Source: Spirochaetia bacterium (GTDB lineage: Bacteria > Spirochaetota > Spirochaetia > UBA9216). From it: 64,000 nucleotides of DNA. Both the position numbers and the translations under genes were made by a program. The stretch is taken from contig OZ223269.1 in assembly GCA_965140585.1 (NCBI GenBank), forward strand, positions 1,243,981 to 1,307,980, in the 5' to 3' direction. Shown piece after piece: positions 49,984 through 60,234 of the stretch. Positions within the stretch are counted from its first letter, which is position 1. Each line of letters begins with the position of its first letter. The notes beneath the pieces were generated by a model, which saw nothing but the letters and a program-made list of their open reading frames with translations, was not told the DNA's origin and did no database searches.

Positions 49984-51753
49984 ATGAACAAGATAAAAAC
50001 ATATAGTGCATTTTCGGGGATAAACCTCATTGTAACCGGTCCGCTGCAGTAGCTGCTTGAGGCTGTATGGACTCATATTCAAACAGAACCTGATACAGCT
50101 CTTCTCATTTTTGATAACAGTACAGGACGGCAGACTGATTTTAACTTTACAGGCAGTCTTGATGAAGTTATTGCCAGAGTGATACCAGAAGATAAATCGA
50201 AAAAGGGTCCGGGCAGACCGAAACTTGGTGTAGTTTGCGGAGAGGTCTCTCTCATGCCCAGACATTGGGAATGGCTGGAAAAACAGCCGAAGAAAGCTTC
50301 CGGAACAATCCGAAACCTTGTAGAAAACGTCTCAAGGGAAATCAGTCCTGAACAGCTTAAAAAGCAGACTATTGAAGCTGCAGGCAATTTCATGTGGGCC
50401 ATAGGAGGTAACCTTCCCGGCTTTAAAGAAGCCGGCCGCGCCCTGTATTCTGGAAAATGGCAGGTATTTGATGCCCTCACAGCTCCTTGGCCCTCAGATA
50501 TCACCAGGCACCTGAGCTTACTTTTAGAACCTGTGCGGAGACATTCAGCGTCGGATAAATGGTTTGATTCAAAAATTACCAGGCTTCCAGCACTCAAGTC
50601 TGAATACAATGTACCGGGTAAGATTACAGAACCCTGGAAGCTTTCTGCTGTTAAACTGGCAGAAGCGGTTATAACCGGTAAATTAAAAGCAGTGGATATT
50701 GCCGATTCATTTATTGAAAAGACCTTTGGAACTTTGGTAATCTCGGCGTCACTGCGTCAGGATGCTGAGTTTATTGATAGCCGAAAAACAAACGGAGAAA
50801 ATCCGGGACCTCTGGCCGGAGTTCCTTTTACAGCAGCAGCTACCTCTCCTGCAGCTAGAAAATTAAAAGAGGCAGGTGCGGTTTTTATGGGCAATTCTCA
50901 GGAAATCCCTGCTGAAGCAGAATCTGCTGTGTCAGCATCGGTATCCGCCCCGCTGCATATCGCAGATGATATTTGCCGATCACTTGGCCTCACTTCGGTC
51001 AGAAAAGGCTTGTCTGCACTTAAACCCTCATACTGCAGAATAGCCGCGCATTCAGCTGCTGAATCCAATGGATTCGCATCACGTTTAATTTCAGTTACCG
51101 GTTTTTCATCACCCTCTGTAGCAGATCTTCATCTTGCTTTCCAGATTACAGCCGGAGCAGATTCAGAGGATCCGGGTGCACTTCCAATACCTGTTTCAGG
51201 TCCTGAGATTCCTGTACCCTTTAAAGTAGGTATCATCAGAAATCCCGTAGGCAGTGCTATCGATACAAACACAGCCAGGGCTGTTGACGATGCTTCAGGA
51301 ATTTTTGCAAGACAGGGCTATGAAATAATAGAAACAGATCTGCCGGAACTTAATGAAATTGCAGAAGCCTGCCGCAGAATGGTTGAAACTGAAAAACATT
51401 ACATTACCGGTTCCGCAACCGATTCTGAGCTGAAACAATATCTAAAATTAATAATGATGCGTGAAACCTGGACAAAGTTATGGGCTGACTATTTCAGAGA
51501 TTTCCCTGTCGTCCTCGCTCCGATGCTTTGCTCAGATTATTCTAACTCTGATCAAACAAAACGTGATTCAGATTCGGAGCGTATATGCAGTGCACTCAGC
51601 TTCATGGGATATCCTGCAGTTTCAGTGCCTGTGAAAATCTATGACGGGACCTTTTATGGAATACAGATGGTTTCTGGTTTATATCGGGAAGATTTATGCC
51701 TGCAGACAGCGGCGCTGATAGAAGCCGAAAGAAAAGGATACATGCTGAGCTAA
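49984..51753 (+). pseudogene. DUF2239 fused to degenerate amidase; in-frame TAG at 50050-50052
   Basis: ATG 49984 frame gives YSAF...GPLQ*LL...LLIFDNSTGRQTD...GRPKLGVV..EVSLMPRHWEWL; then GPLAGVPF, LKPS, GIQMVS. Confidence 0.72.
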
Positions 51754-53018
51754 ATACAGATGGTGTTTTTACCGCCGCTCTTGGCCTTATAAAGCAGGTC
51801 ATCGGCAAGTTTTATACACATATCAAGCTCTTCACCCTTCCATTCAACCAGGCCTCCGCTGAATGAGATTGGAGGCCGGTCTTTGAAGCCGTCAATTTCA
51901 AGCTCTACGAAAAGCTGCTTTAATCGCAGGGCAATGCTCTGCGCGGCTTCAATAGGGGTTGCAGGCATGATCAGCATGAATTCCTCACCGCCGTAACGGC
52001 TGAAGGTGTCTGCAGGCCGTATATTGCCCATGAAAAGCTCTGCAAGCGCTTTCAGAACAAGATCACCCATCGGATGACCATAATTATCATTAACAGATTT
52101 AAAATTATCCAGATCTATCATTAGTATTGAAAGCGGGCGTTTAGTTCTTATTGCATTGTTAATCTCAATATCAAGCCTTTCAAAAATAAATCTTCTGTTT
52201 TTTGCCCCGGTAAGCGAATCTGTTACAGACATCTCAGAAACTATGTCCTTCTGCTTCTGAAGATCTTTTATCAGCAGATAAGTACGAAAGTTTGTTTTCA
52301 ATCTGGCAAGCATCATTCGGGAATCAAAAGGCTTAATGATATAGTCATCCGCACCGGTCTCAAGTACATGAAGAATAGTATTGTAATGCTCTGATGAGGA
52401 GATCATAAGAATAGTTGCAAAAGGATTTGCTTTTCTCAGCTTCATCAGGATTTGTTTCCCGGACATATTCGGCAGAACCATATCCAGGAGGTAGATATCA
52501 TATTTCTTCTGAGTTTCAATTAATTCTACCGGGTCTTCATAGACATCAGGATTATTAATTCCTGCCAGACTGAGGGTTGATTTGATTACCTGAATACTGA
52601 ATTTGCTGTCATCGAGAACGGCTATTGAGGCATCCTGCATTACAGACATAAGTCGGCTGTTTTCATGAAAGAAATTGATGTACTCATTTAATTCATCAAT
52701 AAAAGTCTCGTTTTTTATAATGAAATCTACGACACCAAGACTGAAATATTCATTTCTCACTTTAAGGTTATCATCTGCAGTGAGAAGAATAACGGGAATA
52801 TCACTCAAGCCTGCAGAATTTAACCGGCCCAGAAGTTCTGAAGCAGTACCGTCTGAGAGTTCTATGCCTGTAAGGATTAAATCAATTTCAGCCTGGTCCA
52901 ATATGACAAAAGCCTCGGAGATAGAACAGCAAACCCGGTAATTTACACTTCCGGGTTTAATCCCCATTTGCACAACCTTATGTACATAACTGCTTCTGTC
53001 TATATGCAGTATATTCAT
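51750..53018 (-). CDS. Diguanylate cyclase with two receiver domains
   Basis: REC-REC-GGDEF; DLDNFKSVNDNYGH, RPAD I-site, RYGGEEF. Confidence 0.92.
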   Translation of the reverse strand: MNILHIDRSSYVHKVVQMGIKPGSVNYRVCCSISEAFVILDQAEIDLILTGIELSDGTASELLGRLNSAGLSDIPVILLTADDNLKVRNEYFSLGVVDFIIKNETFIDELNEYINFFHENSRLMSVMQDASIAVLDDSKFSIQVIKSTLSLAGINNPDVYEDPVELIETQKKYDIYLLDMVLPNMSGKQILMKLRKANPFATILMISSSEHYNTILHVLETGADDYIIKPFDSRMMLARLKTNFRTYLLIKDLQKQKDIVSEMSVTDSLTGAKNRRFIFERLDIEINNAIRTKRPLSILMIDLDNFKSVNDNYGHPMGDLVLKALAELFMGNIRPADTFSRYGGEEFMLIMPATPIEAAQSIALRLKQLFVELEIDGFKDRPPISFSGGLVEWKGEELDMCIKLADDLLYKAKSGGKNTICI

Positions 53019-53039
53019 ACCTATAGCGGAGGGAGCCCC

Positions 53040-53831
53040 TCAGGAAAGGAGAGCTTCATCGCTGGTAAAATTTTTCTGACGGATATCGTGAAACTTCTTT
53101 ACCAGCTTATCTACAGTAAGCGACTTCTTTTCATCGCCTTCAATATCAATGATTATACGGCCTTCATCCATCATAATAAGACGATTGCCATAGTCTATTG
53201 CATGCTGCATGTTATGCGTAATCATCATAACTGTGAATCCCTGCTCTTCAATGAAGCGTGTTGTAAGCTCCATTACCTTTGCAGCATTTCGCGGATCAAG
53301 AGCCGCGGTGTGTTCATCAAGAAGAACAAGCTCCGGCTTTGATAAAGACATCATAAGCAGTGTCAGAGCCTGACGCTGACCTCCGGAAAGCATGCCTACG
53401 TTATCATCAAGCCTTGATTCAAGCTCCATATCCAGCTTGACCAGCTGCTGCTGAAAAAACTTCTTTTTTGCCTTGTTAAGGCTGATTTTCAGGCCTTTGA
53501 ATCCCTTTTTTCCGGTAACAAGCATGTTGTCGACGATGCTCATATTTCCGGCTGTCCCGAGAAGCGGATCCTGAAAAATACGGCCGATGTATGTAGCGCG
53601 TTTGTATTCTGGATGATTGGTAACATCTGCTCCATTAATTGAAACCCGTCCTGAGGTGGGTTTCTTGTTGCCGGAGATAACATTGAACAGTGTTGTTTTT
53701 CCGGCACCGTTTGAACCGATTATTGTGATAAAATCGCCCTTCTTAATGCGCAGGTCGACATCGTTAAGAACATGGTTCCTGTTAGGAGTTCCTTCACCGA
53801 AAATTATATTAACCTTCTCAAGTTGAATCAT
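53040..53831 (-). CDS. ABC transporter ATP-binding protein
   Basis: GSNGAGKT, LSGGQRQ, LLDEHTAALDP. Confidence 0.93.
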   Translation of the reverse strand: MIQLEKVNIIFGEGTPNRNHVLNDVDLRIKKGDFITIIGSNGAGKTTLFNVISGNKKPTSGRVSINGADVTNHPEYKRATYIGRIFQDPLLGTAGNMSIVDNMLVTGKKGFKGLKISLNKAKKKFFQQQLVKLDMELESRLDDNVGMLSGGQRQALTLLMMSLSKPELVLLDEHTAALDPRNAAKVMELTTRFIEEQGFTVMMITHNMQHAIDYGNRLIMMDEGRIIIDIEGDEKKSLTVDKLVKKFHDIRQKNFTSDEALLS

Positions 53832-54727
53832 TTAGCCGGCCTCCGGAAGATCAATTTTTTTGTACGGTATTTACTTACGACTAAAGATGCAATAATAAGG
53901 ATTCCGGTAAGCAGCTTAAGGTCATTCGGAGTCAGTTTGATATAGTATCCGTAATACCGTCCGGCGTACATAATCGCCTTATAAAGAATTGCTCCGAGAA
54001 TTACACGCATTGTGAGAAATCCGATTTTATTAGATGAGAACAGAAACTCGCCGAGCATAACCATTGCAAGGCCTGAAACAACAATACCCTGCCCAAGGTT
54101 TACATCGGCAAAACCCTGATACTGAGCTGCAAATGCACCAGAAATAGCCACGAGTCCGTTTGAAATGCCGACACCGATAATTTTCACCATCTCGGGGTTA
54201 ACGCCCTGGCTTATTATCATCTGTTCGTTATCACCCATGGCACCCATGGTAAGACCCAGATCAGTATGAAAAAACAGATCAAGAAGTATCTTGATTATCA
54301 GTACTACCAGAAATACAAAAACAAGAACCGCCGCTGTATCACCAATGGAAGGTGCAAGAAGGTCTCTTACTTTTGTAAGTATGGTATCTACTCTAAGAAG
54401 TGAAAGATTGGCACGATCACCCAGGACCCGTATGTTGATTGACCAGAGCATGGTCATGGTCAGAATACCGGCAAGAAGGCCGGGCACGCCGAGTTTGTTA
54501 TGAATTACTGCGGTTACTCCGCCGGCTGCAAACCCTGCTACAAATGCCAGAAGAAGCGCAGCCCCCATGTTCATTCCGCTGGTCAGTGAAATAGCCATTA
54601 CGGCAGCGCCTAAGGGAAAAGTTCCGTCTACGGTAAGGTCCGGAAAATCAAGTATCCGGAATGTAATAAAAACACCGAGGGCCGTGATTCCGTAAATCAG
54701 GCCCTCTACAAATATGCCTTCGATCAT
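53828..54727 (-). CDS. ABC transporter permease
   Basis: FRILDFPDLTVDG, LLAGIL, QYQGFAD. Confidence 0.92.
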   Translation of the reverse strand: MIEGIFVEGLIYGITALGVFITFRILDFPDLTVDGTFPLGAAVMAISLTSGMNMGAALLLAFVAGFAAGGVTAVIHNKLGVPGLLAGILTMTMLWSINIRVLGDRANLSLLRVDTILTKVRDLLAPSIGDTAAVLVFVFLVVLIIKILLDLFFHTDLGLTMGAMGDNEQMIISQGVNPEMVKIIGVGISNGLVAISGAFAAQYQGFADVNLGQGIVVSGLAMVMLGEFLFSSNKIGFLTMRVILGAILYKAIMYAGRYYGYYIKLTPNDLKLLTGILIIASLVVSKYRTKKLIFRRPAK

Positions 54728-54731
54728 GCGC

Positions 54732-55727
54732 CTATTGTACTGTTCTTGCCTTTGAAAGTAAATCAGCTGGAATATTTATTCCGAGCGCATCGGCAACTTT
54801 TGTATCGATAAGTAGATCGATATCAGTAGGATCAGTCATGAAAAGTGTCGGTATTGTTGCGGGATCAGCACCCTCAAGAATATCAAGAACCATCCGTCCT
54901 GAAGCCTTTCCCATCTTATAGTAATCGAATCCCCATGAGATAAGCACACCTCCGTTTTCTGCTGAAGTTGTGTCAGCTGAACAGATTGGTATTTCTGCTT
55001 TTTCAGCAACATCGATCAATGCGGCAATAGCGGAAACTACAGTGTTGTCTGTACTGACATAGAAAGCATCGACTTTACCTGCAAGTGTCTGAGCAGCCTG
55101 TTTTACTTCTGCAGAGTTGTTTACGCCTGTACCGATGAACTTGATTCCAAGTTCGTCACATGCCTGCTCAGCAATTTCAGCAAGTCTTACAGCGTTTGCT
55201 TCACTGTTTGTATAAACATGTCCGAGAGTTTTGAGATCAATTAAAGAAGCCAGCAGTTCAATCTGCTCCTTTACCGGTGTCATGTCTGAAATACCGGTTA
55301 CATTGCCCTCACCCTTTGCAGTACTTGTAATAAGGCCGGCATCAACCGGGTCTGTAACTGCAGAGAAAATTACCGGAACATCGGTAATAGCCTGTGCAAG
55401 TGCTATAGCGGTGGGTGTAGCAATGCCAACTGCAAGATCAACCTTCTCTGACTTAAACTTCTGAGCAATTGATGAAGCTGTGGACATTTCACCGTTTGCA
55501 TTCTGCAAATCGAATACAGTATCAGGATATTTTTCCGAAACGACTTCCATAATTCCCTGTTCAAGGGCATCAAGAGCGGGATGTGCAACGATCTTTGATA
55601 TACCGATTTTAAACGGTACAGCTTCGGCTGCGGCTGTATCACCTTTAGCTTCCTGACTTCCGCCGGCGGAAACAAATGAAACAGCAAGTATAAGTGCAAG
55701 CATTAAAACAGCTAATGTTTTTTTCAT
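54732..55727 (-). CDS. ABC substrate-binding protein (aromatic amino-acid-type, ABC_sub_bind family)
   Basis: MKKTLAV...AGGSQE signal; HPALD, IATP, FSAVTDP, NVTG, TDNTV. Confidence 0.88.
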   Translation of the reverse strand: MKKTLAVLMLALILAVSFVSAGGSQEAKGDTAAAEAVPFKIGISKIVAHPALDALEQGIMEVVSEKYPDTVFDLQNANGEMSTASSIAQKFKSEKVDLAVGIATPTAIALAQAITDVPVIFSAVTDPVDAGLITSTAKGEGNVTGISDMTPVKEQIELLASLIDLKTLGHVYTNSEANAVRLAEIAEQACDELGIKFIGTGVNNSAEVKQAAQTLAGKVDAFYVSTDNTVVSAIAALIDVAEKAEIPICSADTTSAENGGVLISWGFDYYKMGKASGRMVLDILEGADPATIPTLFMTDPTDIDLLIDTKVADALGINIPADLLSKARTVQ

Positions 55728-55842
55728 TAGATTCTCCTTTTTTACGTTCTTATGCATAGAAACACTAGCACTCCTTGACAGAATTGTCAATAAGATATCT
55801 GTAAAGAATAGACTACACAGACTTATATTGTTAGAATGAAAT

Positions 55843-56322
55843 ATGGATTTGAAAACATGGCTGATATCAGCTCTATTTACTCTCGTACCGATATTTGAAC
55901 TCAGGGGCTCGATTCCCTATGCCGTTTTAAACGGAATGCATCCTATAGCAGCATATATCTTATGTGTGGGCATAAATGCCCTTGTTGGCCCCCTGGTCTA
56001 TGTTTTTCTGGATTCACTTCATAAACTTTTCTACAAATGGAACTGGTATAAAGGCCTTTTCGATAAGCTTGTTTCCCGGGCACGAACTAAAGTACACAGC
56101 CAGGTTGAAAAATACGGATATATCGGAATCATGCTTTTTGTGGGCATTCCTCTCCCGATCACCGGGGCATATACCGGCACACTCGGTGCCTGGATACTCG
56201 GTCTGGACAGAAAGAAGACCTGTCTTGCCGTACTGGGCGGGGTTATCATGTCGGGCCTGATTGTATCACTTATCATGTATTTCGGAGCACAGGCTCATTC
56301 CATCTTTATAAAACAGGTCTGA
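55843..56322 (+). CDS. Putative small multidrug export protein (COG2426)
   Basis: PIFELRGSIP, LFVGIPLPITGAYTG. Confidence 0.85.
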   Translation: MDLKTWLISALFTLVPIFELRGSIPYAVLNGMHPIAAYILCVGINALVGPLVYVFLDSLHKLFYKWNWYKGLFDKLVSRARTKVHSQVEKYGYIGIMLFVGIPLPITGAYTGTLGAWILGLDRKKTCLAVLGGVIMSGLIVSLIMYFGAQAHSIFIKQV

Positions 56323-56325
56323 TTT

Positions 56326-58335
56326 ATGCCCATACAACTTGAAAATGAACTCAACGAACGACAATGTCAGGCTGCTTCCATAATTGACGGTCCGGTACTG
56401 ATTATTGCCGGAGCAGGAAGCGGAAAGACAAGAATGATTACCTTTCGTATTGCGCATATGCTTGAGAAGGGAATTCCCCAGTCTGCAATACTCGCCCTCA
56501 CCTTCACAAACAAGGCAGCGAGGGAGATGGAAGAGAGAATCAGGGAACTGACCGGTAAAAAGCTCAGCCATCTCACCGTATCCACCTTCCATGCTTTCGG
56601 AGTTAAAATACTGCGTGAATCAATCAGCTGCCTTGAGGGCTACCGTGAAAATTTCACTATATACGATCAGGCTGATAAAATTGCAGCAATTAAAGAGGCG
56701 GCAAGGCATTCCGGTTTCGGGGCGGAAAATCTCGATTATTTTACAATAAACAACCTCATTTCAGAGATTAAAACCGGACGAACCCCCTGGGATAATACTA
56801 ATGATTTCTATAAACCCCTGTTTGACCGCTACCAGCATCACCTGGTTGCTTATAACGCGGTTGATTTTGATGATCTGATAGTTTTACCCCAGATTCTTTT
56901 TAAAGAACATCCGGAAGTACTTGAAGGCTATCGTAATCGCTATAAATACCTGATGGTAGATGAGTTTCAGGATACATCAATGGCCCAGTACGAGATGGTA
57001 CGCCTTCTTGGTGAAACAAACCGCAATGTCGTTGTGGTTGGTGATGATGATCAGAGTATATATTCCTGGCGCGGTGCCAACTATCAGAATATCGTCAATT
57101 TTGAAAAGGATTTTCCCGAGCGGGTTGAGATAAAACTTGAACAGAATTACCGCTCAACCAAGAATATTCTGACTGCGGCAAACCACGTAATTGCAAATAA
57201 CACAAACCGTAAAGAGAAAGAGCTCTGGACCGGAACAGGTTCCGGCCGCTCTATAGAGGTATTTTATCCTGAAAATGAGATAAAGGAAGCTGATTTTATT
57301 GCTGAGATGATACACCGCCTGAATTACGAAGAAGGCGTACATTTTCATGAAATCGGAGTCCTTGTAAGAACAAACAGCCTGACTGCAGGACTTGAAGAGG
57401 CGTTTCTATCTGAAAATATTCCCTATAAAATATCCGGCGGCCAGAGCTTCTTTCAGCGCAAGGAAATCAAGGATGTTATCTCATACATGAGGGTTGCATC
57501 AAATCCTGACGACGATGTTAACCTCCTTAGAATTATAAATACTCCCAGACGCGGAATTGGGAATACTACCCTGTTAAAAGTCAGAAGTATGGCTGAAAAT
57601 ATGGGGACATCGATATTCTCCGCCTTAACGCTGCTAATCCGGGATGAGGATTCCTCGCTTAAGGACAGTACCAAGGCCAATATTTCCGAGTTTATCGAGT
57701 TGATAAACGGATACCGGGAAAAGCTTCTCTCAGGGCGGAATATGTCCAAGACTCTGCGCACCATGGTGGATGAGATTGACTACTGGGGTTACCTCATTAC
57801 CGATAATGCGAAAAATGAAAAGCTAGCCAGGTGGAAATTCGGAAATGTCTCCAAATTTCTTGATTTTTTTGAAAACTGGGAGCGTGATCCTGATAATCTG
57901 AAACCCAGTATCTACGACTATCTGAATAAGATTACCCTTGTCACACGCGATGACGTTGATGATGAGGAAGAAGGAAAGCTTAACCTGATGACCATACATG
58001 CTTCGAAGGGGCTTGAGTTCAGGGTGGTTTTTCTTGCTGGTGTTGAAGATCATATCATTCCGCACAGCCGCTCTATTGAAGAAAATCCGGATAACATAGA
58101 AGAAGAAAGAAGACTTTTTTATGTGGCAATAACCAGAGCGCGTGAAAAACTTTATATTACTTCATGCAGTTCCAGGCGCGTGATGAGAGAACTTACAGAA
58201 ACTATGCCTTCACGTTTTCTTGAGGAAATACCCGGAGACCTGATAGAAGTACATCAGCCTGATGAGGTTCTTGATACAAGTTCGGCTATTGATCAGTTTG
58301 CAGCGTTAAAAGCAAAATTGGGAAATAAAAAATAA
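56326..58335 (+). CDS. UvrD/Rep/PcrA ATP-dependent DNA helicase
   Basis: AGAGSGKT, TFTNKAA, VDEFQD, GDDDQSIY, LEQNYRS, TIHASKGLEF, EERRLFYVA. Confidence 0.96.
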   Translation: MPIQLENELNERQCQAASIIDGPVLIIAGAGSGKTRMITFRIAHMLEKGIPQSAILALTFTNKAAREMEERIRELTGKKLSHLTVSTFHAFGVKILRESISCLEGYRENFTIYDQADKIAAIKEAARHSGFGAENLDYFTINNLISEIKTGRTPWDNTNDFYKPLFDRYQHHLVAYNAVDFDDLIVLPQILFKEHPEVLEGYRNRYKYLMVDEFQDTSMAQYEMVRLLGETNRNVVVVGDDDQSIYSWRGANYQNIVNFEKDFPERVEIKLEQNYRSTKNILTAANHVIANNTNRKEKELWTGTGSGRSIEVFYPENEIKEADFIAEMIHRLNYEEGVHFHEIGVLVRTNSLTAGLEEAFLSENIPYKISGGQSFFQRKEIKDVISYMRVASNPDDDVNLLRIINTPRRGIGNTTLLKVRSMAENMGTSIFSALTLLIRDEDSSLKDSTKANISEFIELINGYREKLLSGRNMSKTLRTMVDEIDYWGYLITDNAKNEKLARWKFGNVSKFLDFFENWERDPDNLKPSIYDYLNKITLVTRDDVDDEEEGKLNLMTIHASKGLEFRVVFLAGVEDHIIPHSRSIEENPDNIEEERRLFYVAITRAREKLYITSCSSRRVMRELTETMPSRFLEEIPGDLIEVHQPDEVLDTSSAIDQFAALKAKLGNKK

Positions 58336-58412
58336 AGGGTACCATAACATGGTACCCTTTAAAAAAAGGAGAAGAAGTAAAAAAAAGGAGGTCCGTCGCC
58401 CAAACGTTCCTA
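58327..58412 (-). ncRNA. Candidate ~85-nt sRNA with anti-Shine-Dalgarno motifs
   Basis: Minus-strand TTGCTT-17-TAATAT promoter, no start codon, ACCTCCTTTT and TTCTCCTTTT motifs, ends at terminator with U-rich tail. Confidence 0.45.
58334..58360. terminator. Bidirectional intrinsic terminator
   Basis: AAAGGGTACCAT-AAC-ATGGTACCCTTT. Confidence 0.85.
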
Positions 58413-58487
58413 TATATAATATTACGAATTAAGTACGCAGAAAGCAAATTTTTTCTGCAGAATTTTTAAATATTTTAGGAGATTTTT

Positions 58488-58709
58488 ATGAATTGTCCGG
58501 AATGTAACGGAAATCTTGAAGGGAAAGGCAGCCATTACACCTGCAGCTCATGTAAAACCAAGTGGAAAGTAACCTTTACCTGCGAAGTATGCAAAAATTT
58601 ACCCAGCGTACTTGCAGGCTGCGGAGCAGTAAGCTTCTTCTGTGATACCTGCAACAGCCTCAAATCAAGGGAATCGATGGATAAGGAATTTGTTAAGGAT
58701 ACTGATTAA
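58488..58709 (+). CDS. Zinc-ribbon protein (YfgJ-like)
   Basis: Four CxxC pairs plus LAGCGAVSFFC; AGGAG SD. Confidence 0.8.
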   Translation: MNCPECNGNLEGKGSHYTCSSCKTKWKVTFTCEVCKNLPSVLAGCGAVSFFCDTCNSLKSRESMDKEFVKDTD

Positions 58710-58714
58710 ATGAA

Positions 58715-59506
58715 ATGAATCTGCCTATCTTTGACGCACACATTCATATAAAATCAGGAACCAGAATTCCTGAAACTCTTTTAAATCAGCTTTTGCTTAA
58801 TGGGGGAAATCTTTGGCTGAATGCTGTTTCTCCTGAAAATTTCAGCACTGTATCCCTACTATCTAACGAATCTGATACTGAGAACATAAAATCGAATTTT
58901 ATACGTAAGTTCTTTGGTATTCATCCCTGGTATACCAGCAGCAGCTTCAACATCAAATTTCTTAAACAATATCTTAAGACGAATCCTGATGCAGGTATCG
59001 GAGAATGCGGTCTTGATTTCTCCCCGAAATTTAAATCGGAAAAAGACAGTCAAATGGATATTTTCAAGGCTCAGATTGCTCTTAGTGCTGAACTGAACAG
59101 ACCGTTTTCCATTCACTGCGTCAAAGCCTGGGATTCATTATTCAAACTGATTGAAGATGCTACAAAGAGAGCAGAAATCAGATTTATGATTCATTCATTT
59201 TACGGCTCAGTTGATATAATGCATAGAATCGTTAAACTTGGCGGTTTCATTTCGATATCTCCGGCTTCTCTTAGAAACGCCGGTAAATCATATTCAGTTA
59301 TCCGTCAAATTCCTGATGAAAAATTGTTGATAGAGTCTGATATGACTATGAATTCTGATGAATTTAGTACTATTCAATATTTACAGCAGTTAAAAAATAT
59401 CTATAATACAGTATCAGAAATCAGAAGTATAAACATAGAAGAATTGACCGAGAGGGTTATTGATAATGGAAAGGTTTTCACGCACAGAGAAACTCCTTGG
59501 ACCTGA
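58715..59506 (+). CDS. tatD: TatD-family hydrolase
   Basis: DAHIH, GIHPW, IGECGLD, IHCVKA, IHSF, IESD. Confidence 0.88.
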   Translation: MNLPIFDAHIHIKSGTRIPETLLNQLLLNGGNLWLNAVSPENFSTVSLLSNESDTENIKSNFIRKFFGIHPWYTSSSFNIKFLKQYLKTNPDAGIGECGLDFSPKFKSEKDSQMDIFKAQIALSAELNRPFSIHCVKAWDSLFKLIEDATKRAEIRFMIHSFYGSVDIMHRIVKLGGFISISPASLRNAGKSYSVIRQIPDEKLLIESDMTMNSDEFSTIQYLQQLKNIYNTVSEIRSINIEELTERVIDNGKVFTHRETPWT

Positions 59507-60191
59507 GAAACTTGAGAAACTTAAGAACTCAAAAGTAGTTCTTTTCGGAGCCGGTGCAGTAGGCAGCTTCGCCGCTGAAGCGCTGGTAAGAAGCGGTGTT
59601 GGAAATATAACAATCGTCGATTTTGATACCATCGCAATAAGCAATATAAACCGTCAGCTTTTTGCACTGCAGAGCACTATTGGTAAGCCGAAAACTGAAG
59701 TAGCGCTTAAAAGACTGTCAGATATAAACCCTGCCTGCAACATAATTCAGGAAAACCGCTTTGCCGACGCCGGGTCAATCCCTGAAATACTTTCACAAAA
59801 ACCGGATGTTGTAATAGACGCCATTGACTCGGTTGGACCTAAAACTGAACTCCTGGCGTATTCCTACCTTAATGAAATTCCTGTTCTTTCATCGATGGGA
59901 GCAGCAAGACGAAGCGATCCTCTTGCTGTAAAGGTTGGAGATCTGTTTGATACAGTCACCTGCCCTCTGGCAAGACTGGTTAGAAAATCACTAAAGCGCC
60001 GCGGCATCACACAGGGAATAAAATGTGTCTACTCGACAGAATTTCCTGCACATCCGGTAAAACAGAAACTTGTTAATGAAGAGTCAGGGGGTGAAGGACG
60101 CCCGGTAAAATTTCTTGGAAGTCTTCCGACTGTAACCGGCGTATTCGGTCTGGTTCTTGCGGCTGAGGCTATCAAGATTCTGACCGAATAA
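59466..60191 (+). CDS. tcdA: tRNA threonylcarbamoyladenosine dehydratase (ThiF family)
   Basis: RFSRT, GAGAVG, SNINRQ, DAID, SSMGAA, CPLAR, VYSTE. Confidence 0.88.
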   Translation: MERFSRTEKLLGPEKLEKLKNSKVVLFGAGAVGSFAAEALVRSGVGNITIVDFDTIAISNINRQLFALQSTIGKPKTEVALKRLSDINPACNIIQENRFADAGSIPEILSQKPDVVIDAIDSVGPKTELLAYSYLNEIPVLSSMGAARRSDPLAVKVGDLFDTVTCPLARLVRKSLKRRGITQGIKCVYSTEFPAHPVKQKLVNEESGGEGRPVKFLGSLPTVTGVFGLVLAAEAIKILTE

Positions 60192-60234
60192 GCTTGACCA
60201 ATACGTATTGATTGGTTAGTATAACTTCACAATT

